Assembly: GCA_964016885.1 (NCBI GenBank)
Contig: OZ024751.1
Coordinates: forward strand, 8,742,001 to 8,806,000
DNA: 64,000 nucleotides
Direction: 5' to 3'
Source of the DNA: Eledone cirrhosa
Lineage: Eukaryota
The notes below the pieces were generated by a model, which did no database searches, was not told the DNA's origin, and was given only the letters and a program-made list of their open reading frames with translations. Of the stretch, positions 17,887-32,149 are shown piece by piece (within the stretch, counting starts at the first letter, position 1; every line of letters begins with the position of its first letter). The position numbers and the translations under genes were made by a program.

Positions 17887-18082
17887 ATATGGAACTCCTT
17901 TAACCATCTTTTGATCTTATATTATGCATACTCCAGTCCCACAAACTGTAGAGTGCTTCTTATCCGATATCTGCATTGCTTTATTGTACTACAATAAAAC
18001 TCACCTCCTACATTATATATAAATATATATATCCTATATGTATATATCATATGTATATCATATATATATTATATATATACAT

Positions 18083-18140
<58 letters not shown>

Positions 18141-18899
18141 CATTTGGTTATATGTATACACGTGTTTGCGTCTGTCTGAGTATGGGGGTTCTTACGGATG
18201 TAGTGTTTGTGTATATGTGTACTTTGTGTTTTGGTTGACATGCGTCCGCGAACATTTCTATATTTACATGTAGGTATGTGTGTGCGCATGTTATATACGT
18301 ATTTAGGTGTGTATATTTATATATATATTATGTATACACGCACACACACACAAATATATATATATATATTTTTTTAAATATATATTTTTATGTGTATTTG
18401 GTGTATACGTTCGTATGTGTGCGGGTACAGGCGTTGCATGGGTTCTGTATGTGCGTGTGTGTGTTTTTTTGTGTACGTGCTTGTATTTGCATACCCAATG
18501 CGAGTGTTTTGGCGTATGATTGTGTATGTACGTATATGGATTCCTGTATGTATATATTTAATTTCAATTACCTCTGTATTTTATTTACTTTATTCTTAAC
18601 TCTGAAGCCGAGAATCATTCAGTTTCCTAAATAGAATGTTCGTCTACGACTTCAGTTATACCATTTACGTGGTTTTGTCTTTGCGTGTAATTGTTCCCTT
18701 CGCTCCACATAATGTGGTATTTTCTTCGGTTTTTCTGTTCATTACCAGAGAACGTCTCTATGAACCACCTCATAGAATATTAGTCTACGACTTCATTAAA
18801 TCTGCAAATTGTGTGCGAGAGGTGTAAGGGATATAACTGCGAAAGTCCGAAAGTTTCTAGTTGATAAGAAAATTAGGATGTTCTTGCAATTCAATCCGG

Positions 18900-20945
18900 A
18901 GCTTTGTAGTTATGTAAGGGGTGTTCTCAGACGTGGGGACACCGTGTGAATAATTCATTTCTCGAGTTTAGTCAATCGCTAGTGCGTAATCTCTTTAGAA
19001 TATTTAGTCGTTTATCAATACATAGTCCACACAACGGATTTCCCCTTGCGTATAGCTTGGGCTTCGTGATGGCTTTCTATTGAATGGAGTAGTCTATACT
19101 TGAGTCTTTGAGGGACCATATGTTCAGGAAGCGTTCCTTAAATCGGCCCTCCGTCATACGCACATAGTGTTTGACCTCTTGATGTTGATTTGTTGTGTTG
19201 GAAGTGATCACCGCTTCATAAACTACAGTGGGTGTGTTGCATTGCTGTTGAAGGGGACAAGCCTCGGGCTTACGGCAAGAGCACCCTGCTGGGGTTTGCT
19301 CTTAGGGCTGTTCTTGATGTGGGCCTTCATGTTCTTAGCGCAGCATTATCCTAGTTTTACTTTGTGTCGGTTAAAATGGAGCGGTATTTATGACCTATGG
19401 GAAAGTGTCTATCTAAGAGGGCTAGACATGTTTTGCCTACATAGGTTTTAACGTTGAGTGAGAAGGGAGGAGAGACCCAGATAGTTTGTCTATTGTTAGG
19501 CTTTCTTTTCCTATTGCTGTTGTTGTTATTGGGAGAGTAAGTGATAGGTTGCGAGAAGCCGCTGTTAGCTGACGCCGTGTCATAGTAGTGGTGCTGCTCT
19601 GTCAAATATAGCCTTATTAGAGGAGAGGTTAGAGTTCTAGTACTCATATTATTTACGAAGTTTCTAAAAAACAGTGGGAAGGTGGCATGAGTCCTTGTGA
19701 ATGTAATTGAGTTTTTCGTTAAGCTTATGGACGGGTCTGCAGATATATGTGTGAATGTCTAAATTTATTTCTAAGAAATCTACGCTAGAGAGGTTGGTAG
19801 CTACCATTATCCTAAGTCCTAACTCATTAAAGGTAGAAACTAAGTCTTTTTTAAACCGGTGGAGGTCGTGACCACTTTTATGGCTCGATAAGGTCAGTCC
19901 ATCGTCACGGTAATATTCCCGTGTGAAAGTCCTGGGATCTAACACGTAATATGTCTAAAATAAATAGGCCAACCAAGTCGCATACCTCAGTACTGTCAAA
20001 CGATCCCATGGAGACATCGAACAGATCTGAAGTTGTTGACTTCTTTGCCCACGCTACCCCGTTGTTGAAGAGGAGGTTTTTCCGGCAGTGAGCGATGCTT
20101 TCCCTCTCTAAACCATGGACGGTAGTGTAAGTGGTAGTAAAGTCCAACGCTTTGTTTAACAGGGTCTCTGAGATCGACGGGTAAAAATCTACAATGTCAA
20201 ACTGTGTGAACTTCGCTTCTTTGGATTAGAAGGAGTTGAACCACTTAATTACGGAGTCACTGTTCTCCCACTGGGTTAGGTTGGACTTGATCCAAATGGT
20301 CTTAACTATGTTTCTAAGTATGGCCTTACTGACTAGTTCCATATCTGTGCGTGCCGGGTTTAATAGTCTACATGTGGGGCTAGAAGTAAAGTCTACCTTA
20401 TGATCTTTCAGGGTGAGGAACGCCTAGAGATTGTAGCTTCTTATCTACTTTAAGGGCGGCGGCAAGTTCTTTGGCTTCTGTATTTATGTCGTGCTAGGCC
20501 ATAGTGTTAGCTTTCTTATATTTGGAAGTAATAGCGTTATGGGCCAAGTGGCTGTAAGTGGTGTTGTCGACTTTGTAAATATTATTAGTTTTGTCGGAAA
20601 GAACGAAAGTGTTATTAGAAGACCTAAATTTCTTAATATCTTTCTAAGATTAGTTTGAAAGGTGTTATGGTGTTTGCAAAAGGAAATATTAGCGACTAAG
20701 TCAACAAGGTCCGCCTCGAAAGGAGCAAGTTCAGTTAACTTAGGAGGGTTGGATTTCGATTTCAGGTTGGAGGTGTTACTGGTGCCTGTAATTTTGCCGT
20801 CAAAAGCTAGGGCTAGCCATCATAAGTGTCAACGACATCTTCCGCTTTTTGTAGGAGAAGTTTTGGTTAACAGGGTTGGAGGGAGTGAGAATGTTCTTCA
20901 GGGAGTAATCCAGTTCGTATAAATCCATACTGAAGTTGATGAGAT
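18900..20945 (-). mobile_element. Decayed Naiad-like Penelope element (RT + GIY-YIG)
   Basis: FDVSMGSFDSTEVCDLVGLFIL, YRDDGL, VDFLEINLD, WVSPPFSLNVKT, CSCRKPEACPLQQQC, CGLC..LNSRNELFTRCPH. Confidence 0.88.
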
Positions 20946-21515
20946 ACACAATTGTGTAGGATACGAGGATATAGAGAGCGCTCGCAGGGAAGGAAGCCAA
21001 ACTCGCCCGTGGTGAAGAATCTGCTAAAAGCCAAACTTCTACGTGGTGAAAAGAATCTGCTGACCGTTGCTCGAGATGTATATAGTGGTAGAACACTGGA
21101 AGGTAATATCCGTAATGCTAGAGCACTCAGTCCATGGGACGAGTTATGTAGAAGTGGTTACACAACAGTTAGTTCGCCATACCGAGAACAATTGTTTCAT
21201 CTTAGCGGATCCTCAGCTCATAATGGACATGGTTATACGGAACAGGAAGGACAGTTAAACCACTGGGAGTGAAGGACCCCTAGCCCTTTTCTGGGCATAC
21301 TTCTAGGAGAAGGCATCTCAGGAAACTGGGTTAATTCCGACATAAAATCTGCGGCTCTCAAGTTACCGAGGGTGATGATATTTTCTTCTTTTCGGGATTT
21401 GGATCTGCTAATATGCAGACCTGAGTGATCGGCCTGTCTGCTAATATGCAAATCAGGCCGATCAGTCACTGTATATTTTAGAGAATAGCATATATTTTCA
21501 CTAGCCGACAGTTGG

Positions 21516-21587
21516 CATGTGAACAGTGAGCTGTACTGATGAAGTTTGATACCCAGAAACGTTAGTGTATGCAGTTCTGTTTACATG
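21516..21587 (+). ncRNA. Type I hammerhead ribozyme with extended stem I (stem II decayed)
   Basis: catgtgaaca..gagctgta-CTGATGA-agtttgataccca-GAAA-cgttagtg-TA-tgcagttc-tgtttacatg. Confidence 0.65.
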
Positions 21588-21733
21588 ACAACACAATAGC
21601 AAGAATGAAGCGTTCATTCTACTGACATGGGTTTAAAAATAAGGCTTGTTGGCATAATTACAAACGAATCGAATGTTATTATTAATATTGCATTCAGCCA
21701 TGTTGAGCGAACATTTTTTTTAAATAATATATA

Positions 21734-23021
21734 CGAGGTGTGTCAGAAAAGTTCCAGGACTGGTGTCACAAAAGATTTATTTCAAAACCAAACTTCACAC
21801 TAAGATGTTTCTTCTTCAAAGTAATCCCCCTGGAGTATGAAACTGTAATCTTAGCTCTCTGCAGCGATCAAACTTTTTTCATAATTTTATATACATGTCC
21901 TCTGTTTCAGGTCGTCAAGCAATGAGCTCAGAGCAACGAACAAACTTGAAGTTTCTGGTACGGTTGGGGACAACTCCGTCAGAAGCATTGGGATTACTGC
22001 AGCAAGTGTATGGAGATGAGGCGATGTCACGATCACGTGTTTTTGAGTGGTGCAAGAGGTTTAAAGAAGGTTGCGAGGACGTGGAAGATGAACCCCAGGA
22101 GCGGAAGGCCCTCAACAACCAGGACTGAGGTCAACGTTGAGGGCGTCAGGCAGATGATGCGTAGCGATCGTCGGTTGACTGTTCGACGGACGGTAAATGA
22201 GCTGGTCATGAATCGGGACAGCCTCTGGAAGATTCTCACTGAAGATTTGGACATGCAGAAAGCTGCGCGAAGATGGGGCCAACACTGCTGAACGATGACC
22301 AGAAAGGTCGACACATGCAAGTGTGCCAGGATATCCTCGAGCGTCTTGAAACCGAACCAGACTTGCTAGGGAGAGTCATCACCGGTGATGAGTCATGCAT
22401 CTTCGAGTACGACCCGGAAACAAAACGCCAGAGTCTTCAGTGGAAGAGTCCGTCGTCGCCAAGGCCGAAGAAAGCACGACTGTCGTAGTCCAAATTCAAG
22501 GTCATGTTGATCACATACTTCGATGTGAGGGGGATCGTCCACCGCGAGTTCTTGCCACAGGGCCAGACGATCAACCAACATGTCTACAAAGTGATACTGC
22601 AGCGTTTGCTTCGTTCAATGCGTGAGAAGCGGCGAGGGTTTTGGCAGGACAACACGTGGCTGCTCACAATGCTCTGAGCATCCGACAGTTCCTGGCCGAG
22701 AAGAACATCGCCGTGCGTGAGCAACCTCCCTACTGGTCCGACCTGGCTGCGTGTGATTTTTTCCTATTCCCCAAGCTCAAGAGGATCATCAAGGGGACCC
22801 GTTTTGAAGACGTGGACGACATCAAAAAGGCCGTGACGACGGAACCGCGGACGATCCCGGAAGAATCCTTCCAGGAGTGCATGCAAGCGTGGCAGAAAAG
22901 GATGGAAAATTGCATTAGACTCCAGGGGGATTAATTTGAAGTAGAAAACTCTTAGTGTAAAGTTTGGGATTGAAATAAATCTTTTGTGACATCAGTCCTG
23001 GAACTTTTCTGACACACCTCG
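21734..23021 (+). mobile_element. Mariner DNA transposon, full length, TA target-site duplication, TIR of about 100 bp
   Basis: TA-CGAGGTGTGTCAGAAAAGTTCC...GGAACTTTTCTGACACACCTCG-TA. Confidence 0.95.
21922..22934 (+). pseudogene. Mariner transposase (frameshifts and stop codon)
   Basis: HTH N-terminus, RSGRP, ITGDES, PPYWSDLAACDFFLFPKLK. Confidence 0.92.
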
Positions 23022-23023
23022 TA

Positions 23024-24132
<1,109 letters not shown>

Positions 24133-24459
24133 ATATATATGTATGTGTATATATAGGTATGTACGGTTAAGATGTGTCTTTGTTCTCGTCAAAATTCGCC
24201 CGTTCTTATGTTCGAAATGAATTATTGAGTTCATTTTTTCATTTTTTCCTCCTTTACGTTGCCTCCCCATTCGTGTCTGTGTACATATCTTTCAATTTCT
24301 CCACCCAACTCTTTTTGTCCCAATAACATATCTTAGTTATTGTATCGCCCTAGGCGGAGGTATATTGTCTGTAATGTGGAGAAATACTTATGAAGCCTAG
24401 TAGACAACTGATGATGGATATTCCTAACTTCTATTTCTAATTCTTCATTTTTTATTATG

Positions 24460-24504
<45 letters not shown>

Positions 24505-24744
24505 GTGCATATATCTATGTATATATATATATATACGTACATATATATATATGTGTGCATGTATGTATATATATATACATACTACTGTACGTCTGTATAC
24601 ATATATGTATGTACGTATACATACATACATACATACTTACATTTAAGTAAGTGCCGTACTAAGAGTGAGAAATGAAATTTCGTTTCATTCTATTCTATAT
24701 ATATATATGTATATATATATGTAAATATATATGTATATATATAC

Positions 24745-25290
24745 TGGTAACATGTAACCCACTACAGCCTGTCGCATGGTCGGGTCGTCGGCGACTAAAA
24801 CAGCAACCTCACCAAGTTGACTTGGTGAGGGGGTGAATTTGGACACACTGCAGGTCAAAAGCCAAAACCTGACAAAAGGCGGAAGAATCCATAAGAGTCA
24901 ACGGCCATTCAAAAGTGTGTAAATATGTATATACACATGTACATATGTATGCATATGTATATGTGTATCTACATGGGTGCATGTGTATGTATATGCGCGG
25001 ACATAGAAATGGTAGGGCTAGAAATGGTAGGGCTGGACACCCAATCACGCGGTTAAACAAGTGGGAGTGAAGGACCCCTAGCCTTTGTCAGGGCATTCTT
25101 CTAGGAGAAGGCAACTCTGGAAACTGGCATAATACCGATATAGAACCTGCGGCTCAGTAGCTACTGATGATGTTGATCTTTTATTCTTTTCGGGTTATAG
25201 CTTCTGTCGCTCAGAGAATGGGATTGGCTCAGTGCACAGTCTTTCCTCACTTGAAAAAATATCTTCATGCACAGGCATTGCACGATAGAA
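24745..25290 (+). repeat. Dispersed repeat related to 39352-39965 and 44049-44656, interrupted
   Basis: Shared actggtaacatgta..catggtcgggtcg..cacc and ccctagccttt..ctaggagaagg blocks; also at 21263-21400. Confidence 0.6.
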
Positions 25291-25372
25291 ATAATTAATA
25301 TTTATTAATAATCGTATATGGTGCAATTGCCATACTCTATAACGAGGGGGCAGCCAACATATATATATGTAC

Positions 25373-25411
<39 letters not shown>

Positions 25412-25425
25412 TATATATATATATG

Positions 25426-25475
<50 letters not shown>

Positions 25476-26223
25476 ACCACATGCTCCTACATACCGGAGT
25501 GGGATGAAAACGTGCCCGTTGTGTAATAATGAGCTCTTCCATATTCTAAGCTCAAACCACCAACTACTCAACAACAAAATTGAAAGGTCAATTTTTTGCC
25601 AGCATAAACTGAAAGCGAAATTCTCACACTTCAAACCTTCAACCAAATCCTAACACTACCTATCTTTCTACCCTAAATAACAATTCTACACCCCTAAAAA
25701 TAGACTATATATGAAATTTAATACTTTCTTCCTTCATCTGTTCTCTGGTAAGACTTTCGCCTGTCCACTTCCAAATGCCTCTTAAAATTCTATCTTCCTT
25801 CTCCCTCCCTCTACTCATCACAACTTTTAGCACACATCCCTCCTCCCCCTCCCTATACAAATCCTCTCACACCACACTACCTCTTTCTCTTTCTCTCCCT
25901 TCCTCTATCCCTTTTCTCTCTCTCTCGCTCTCTCTCTTTTGCCCCTCTCTCTCTCTCTGTTCCTCTATCTTACACTACTCCCCCTTATTTCATTTCCTAA
26001 GGTCATTCCAACTTTGTATTTTGAAAATTCGGATGCCACAGTATCTTTCTTGTTTGCCTATTATAACATAGTGTAGCAATAAAGGACTGAAATTCTGATG
26101 AAACAATTGTAAATACGTGGATTAAATTCTTTTGTAATTGTTTACCTTCGTCCTATTTCTCTTCTTTGATTACACTCCTCGATTGTTCGTGTTTCCACTA
26201 CAGAATCCCTACCAACCTGTCGA

Positions 26224-28200
26224 GTCACCTTAACGTATGTTGAGAACTTTCCTCACAACTTGTTCTACCAAGCTTTGGAATACTCCTAAAAACTGAAGTA
26301 TATATATATATATATATAACACAGTCCTCTATGCTGATAAGACCTCTTCCATCTTCAGATCTCCTTAAGTAGAGTATATCGACATCACTCCTCTTGTGGA
26401 ACATGTTGTAGATAGTCAATAGCTTCCTAGTCTTCCTATCCATTTATTTTTGTTCAGCAACATTCCATCTCAGAATTCCCGCACTGTACCTAATAATAGA
26501 CTCAGCTCGGGAATTTACTGCACTGCATTCCTACTGTTCAGATGTGACTTTCGTACGCTCCTTACTCTTCTCCGATTGTATTCAGATCTTATAAATTCCT
26601 TCATTTTTTTGTTCTTGATGTCATCAGACTCCAGAATACCTAAATATTTGTATCCATCTTCAGCATCAATTTCCTTTATCATCTCACCTGTTGGTACCTG
26701 GATTCCCTTGCTTCTGCTCAATTTACCGCTCTTCATCACAAGGACTCAACACTTACCAATACCAAATTGCATACGCATATCATTCCTGAAAATACGGACA
26801 GTGTCAACAAGTACATCCATCTCATTCTCACTCTTCCCGAAGAGCTTAAGACCGTCCATGAAGAGGAGGTGATTTATGGTAAACCCTCCATTTCCCAACC
26901 TGTATCCTGCTCTCACTTTTCGCAGTACACTGGTCAGGGGCATCAAGGCAAGGACCAACAACAGAGGGGACAGACTATCTCCCTGGAAGATACCTCTCTT
27001 GATCCTCACGCCTCGTAAGGATTCTCTGCCCGATGTTAACTCGGTTTTCCAGGACTTCATACTTTTGCTCAACAACTGTCTGATGTTATCTGTCACCCTG
27101 AAGATCTCTTTTGGTTATCCAAGAATGAGGTACCATGTCAAATGCCTTTTTGTGGTCTATCCATCCCATGGTAAGACCAGTGTGTCTCCTCCTGCAATTC
27201 CTCATTACCATCTTATCAATAAGTAACTGGTCCTTTGTCCCACAGGACTTCTTTCGGCATCCTTTCTGTTCGTCCGGTAACAAGTTGTTTGTGTGGAGCT
27301 GATGGTAGATTTCCTCAGACATAATGCTTGTGAACAGTTTCCACATTACGGACATACATGTGATAGGTCTATAGTTGGTAACATCATTACCCTTGATTCG
27401 GTCCTTCATTACCAGAACTGTGGTACCTTTTGTCAACAACTCTGGTACCTCACCTGACATCAAGCAGTCATTAAACATTGTTGTCAGTTTCGGGTGGAGG
27501 GATGTTATATTTCTAATCCAATACCCCTGCACACCATCTGGGCCTGGTGATTTCCAGTTGGTTAGTTTTATGGCCTGCCCATAAAGAGTTTCAACTGTGA
27601 TATTCAAGTCAGTTTGTTGGTGTGCCTGTTCACTAATCTCCTTCTGTACTGTTTCAATCCACACTGCCTGGTCATTATGTTTAACATCCTGCTCCCATAT
27701 TCCTCTCCAGAATATTTTAGTATGTTCCGCCACAGGGATCAAGTCGTTGCCTCTTTCTTTCCCCTCAAGCTGTCCAAACAGCATATTCTGGTTGTTGTCA
27801 AACATGCGGTTCTATCTATACTGACTGACTCTGCTCTCGTATCGCCTAATTTTTGCGCTCTTTGCTACAATGCGTTGCTTCAGTTCCTCTATGATAATAT
27901 TTAGCTTTTTCCTCCTAATTTTGTACTTTATTTCCAGTCTATTTTTAGTGTCTATGTTTTTTAGTGTCCCATTCAGTAGGGATTCAAGCTTTCCAATGTC
28001 AGTTCTCATTTCCCTGATTTGACCACTCAGTCGTTTCTTCCACCAAGGCTCTGATCTTTCTTGTTTGCTGTTTCCTCTCGCTTTTATACCAAGTAATTTC
28101 CTCACCGCATTTGCTGTTGCTTTGAGGATATTGTTGCACTGGTGAAGGCTCCTCTCCTCAAGGTATGGGATGACTTTGTTTACTTTAGCTCTTGTTTCTT
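26224..28200 (-). mobile_element. R4/Dong-like RLE non-LTR retrotransposon, RT region, decayed
   Basis: NWKSPGPDG, NYRPITC, EQKGC, DHKKAFD, GIFQGDSLSPLL, HLLFMDGLK, YKYLG, GRGL. Confidence 0.9.
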
Positions 28201-28222
28201 TTCACTTTTTTGTCTACAAATC

Positions 28223-28269
<47 letters not shown>

Positions 28270-28279
28270 GTTATTATTC

Positions 28280-29340
28280 TTTGAGTCTCAGTCATTGATG
28301 TTAGTTAACTGGAAAGTTTGTTGAGATGAATATCAAGCCACTACCTGCAGCCTCAGATATACAGGACGTATCGGAGGGTTTTGCTGTTCCCAGCAAGCAT
28401 GCTTTTTGAAGCGTTCCAAAAAGCGTGAAGGCGCCAATTTTCTTTAACCATCCCTGGAAACTTTTTGAGATAGTCCCTATTGCGCCTATGACAATCGGGA
28501 TCACTTTGACTTCATGGCAGTTCCGAATGCTTTTTACCTCCCACCTTAAGTCCTAGTATCGGTTAATTTTCTCCCTCTCCTTCTCTTGCACTCTCGTGTC
28601 GAATGGGCAGGCCACATCCACAATCAGGCACGATCTTTTTTCTTTGTCCAAAACCACCAGGTCAGGTCTATTGTGTTCCAGTTTATTGTCCGTCTGTATC
28701 CTAAGATCCCACAGCACCTTCACCTGATCGTTTTCTATCACCGCCTCTGGCTTATGCTCATACCACTTCTCAGAATGTGGTAAATTGTTTACTTTGCATA
28801 GGTGCCAGTGGATCACCCTGCCCATCACATCATGTCTCCAGCCCTTATAGTGAGTCTGGGCTAGGTGTTTACTCTCGGATACAATGTGAGCCACAGTCTC
28901 CTCTCTCTCTCCACAGATCCTGCACAGTGGGCTAGCCTCCTCCTTCTGTAGCCTTTTTAAGGTCTACTCTTTTCAACCAGCTCCATGTCTGTGGATCTCT
29001 AAATTCAGTTTTCTCAACGAAGGTAGTATGAAGGGATTTTTCCTGAAGTCTGCTCTTCCTCCTTGATTTTTCCTGAAGTCTGCTCTTTCTCCTTCCTGAA
29101 GTCTGCTCTTTCTCCTTGACATCCCCTGGCCTATTGTCCCCTCCTTCAGTACAGTTCTGACTTCAATACGCTCCTTACTCTCCGAAGGTATTCAGTTCTT
29201 ATCAATTCCTTCATTTTTTTGTTCTAGATGTCATAAGCCTCCAGAACGCCCAAATACTTGTATCCTTCCTCAGAGTCAATTTCTTTTATCATCTCACCTG
29301 TTGGTATCTGGATTCCGTTACTTCTGCTCAACTTGTCCCA
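28280..29340 (-). mobile_element. Dong-like 3' end (zinc knuckle + RLE) with rearranged RT scraps
   Basis: CRICG..ETVAHIVS, RHD, NRPDLVV..IVDVACP, IPIVIGAIG; (TAA)n tail at about 28222-28277. Confidence 0.85.
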
Positions 29341-30330
29341 TTCAGTAGGGACTCAAGCTTTCCAATGTCATTTCTCATTTCCCTGATTTGACCACTCAGT
29401 CGTTTCTTCCACCAAGGCTCTGCTCTTTCTTGTCTGTTTTTTCCTCTCGCTTTTATACCAAGTAGTTTCCTCACCGTATTTGCTGTTGCTTGAGGATATT
29501 GTTGCACTGGTGAAGGTTCCTCGCCTCAAGGTATGGGATGACTTTGTTTACCTTAGCTGTTGTTTCTTTTAACTTTTTCCTGTCTACAAATCTTAGGTTC
29601 ATAGGTCTCCCACTATCATTATTCAATTCATCTACCACTACGTTTAGGATATCTACCAAATATTGTCCTAGCCCGTCAGCATTCATCTCCTCAGTGGCCG
29701 TATCTCTGTTCCAGGTATTATTCATCTCAGCATTCAGATCATTGTCTGTTTCGGGTGGTTCCTACGTTCTCTCGACCTCTTCACCTTCATTTCCCACTGG
29801 CTCGTTTGCCTGGCATACTCCACCCTCCATCTTCAAGCTAATCTCTCTGCCCAGTTCCTCCAGTTCCAGCTCGCTTATCCACCCATTAGTTCTTATTACC
29901 CGAGCCTGCTCGGCCAGTTTTGGTTCATCTAATTTAAATGGACCAATCTCGTTCCAGATGTTATGCATCCTTTTCCTATAGCCTTTCTCCTTGGGGTTAC
30001 TCTTCAGGTAACATTGCATAACAGTTCTATTCAATTCTTTCATCCAGTTGGTTCTGGTCCCTTTCCTTCTTCTTCTTCCTCCGACACCAGCAGTATTTGC
30101 TTGACAGCCAGGTCCCTGCTGCTGAGCCAGGGAGCACCTGTTGGGTGAGAGTCTGTCACATGACATTCTAGTCTCCATTTCACCGTTATTCGAACTGTTT
30201 AGGTTCGACATTTAAACACTCTTATCGAGGATTGGCGAATGTATGGTTACATAACCACCGGTGAATTACTTGTCTCCGGTGGTTTCGTCACTCCACGTCA
30301 CTTTTGTGTGGCATCATCACGCTGTAGACG
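29340..30330 (-). mobile_element. Dong-like 5' end (ORF start at 30211) and 5' UTR
   Basis: WMKELNRTVMQCY..GYRKRMHNIW..LAEQARVIR N-terminal motif; 29340-29560 duplicates 27970-28180. Confidence 0.8.
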
Positions 30331-30760
30331 AACCCAAACAAACAAACAAACAGGCAGAAAAAACCCCAAAAATGAATAAGCATAAGTTTCATTGTAATGT
30401 AGTGTTTGAATGTCTGACTTAGTTTTTCCCTTCCCTTCTCTGTCCGTCCGTTTGTTTTTCTCTTCATTTTTATTTCCTTTACGTTTTTCGGTGTTGCTGT
30501 GCTGCTTTGATTTTGATTTTTTTTTTTTTTTTTTTAATTTTGACCGGGTCATCAATTCAGTCTATATATATATTTCGATGTTTTCCTCTTTTAGTGAGAA
30601 TTCTACAATGTAGCAGGGGGTAGCGGGAGAGAATAGCGGCGGTAGTGATATTGAGGCAGCGGCGGCGGTGGCGGTGCTGTGCTAGCAGGAACTAGCAGGA
30701 GGTAGTGGGAGAGAATAGCGGCGGTAGCGATAGTGAGGCAGCGGTGGCGGTGATGTGGTC

Positions 30761-30805
<45 letters not shown>

Positions 30806-30814
30806 GTTATTGTT

Positions 30815-31048
30815 ATTCCTTGAATCTCAGTCATTGATGTTGGCTAACTGGAAAGTCCGTTGGATTGAATATCAAGCCACTACCTGCAGCCTCAGATATT
30901 CAGGACGTATCGGAGGGTTCTTGCTGTTCCAAGCAAGCATGCCTTTTGAAGCGTTCCAAAAAGCGTGAAGGGGCCGATTTTCTTTAACCATCCCTGGAAA
31001 CTTTTGGAGATAGTCCCCAGTGCGCCTATGACAATCGGGATCACTTTG

Positions 31049-31099
<51 letters not shown>

Positions 31100-31868
31100 G
31101 TTCTTTGAGTCTCAGTCATTGATGTTAGTTAACTGTAAAGTTTGTTGAAATGAATATCAAGCCACTACCTGCAGCCTCAGATATTCAGGACATATCGGAG
31201 GGTTCTTGCTGTTTCCAGCAATCATGCCTTTTGAAGCGTTCCAAAAAGCGTGAAGGGGACAATTTTCTTTAACCATCCCTGGAAACGTTTTGAGATAGTA
31301 CCTAGTGCGCCCATGACAGTCGGGATCACTTAGACTTCATGGCAGTTCCAAATCCTTTTTACCTCCCAGTTTAAGTCCTGGTATCGGTTAATTTTCTCCC
31401 TCTCCTTCTCTTGCACTCTCGTGTCGAATGGGCAGGCCACATCCACAATCAGGCACGATCTTTTTTCCTTGTATAAAACCACCAGGTCAGGTCTATTGTG
31501 TTCCAGTTTCTTGTCCGTCTGTATCCTAAAATCCCACAGCACCTTCACCTGATCGTTTTCTATCACCGACTCTGGCTTATGCTCATACCACTTCTCAGAA
31601 TGTGGTAAATTGTTTACTTTGCATAGGTGCCAGTGGATCACCCTGCCCATCACATCATGTCTCCAGCCCTTATAGTGAGTCTGGGCTAGGTGTTTACAGT
31701 CGGATACAATGTGAGCTACAGTCTCCTCTCTCTCTCCACAGATCCTGCACAGCGGGTTAGCCTCCTCCTTGTAAATATGGTGTTTCCACCACTTCGTTTT
31801 GAGGGCCTGCTCTTGCGCAGCCGTTAACATTCCTTCTGTAGCATTTTTAAGGTCTCCTCTTTTCAATA
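30815..31868 (-). mobile_element. Two further stacked Dong-like 3' ends separated by (TAA)n
   Basis: 30815-31047 and 31100-31868 are near-identical to 28280-28950; AAQEQAL, CRICG, NRPD motifs. Confidence 0.88.
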
Positions 31869-31869
31869 T

Positions 31870-32120
<251 letters not shown>

Positions 32121-32149
32121 TTGTTGTTACTATTTAACATCAATCATAA

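Noticed and set aside
24400-26130. CTGATGA motifs near 24407, 25164 and 26095
   Set aside because: No properly placed GAAA with pairing stems
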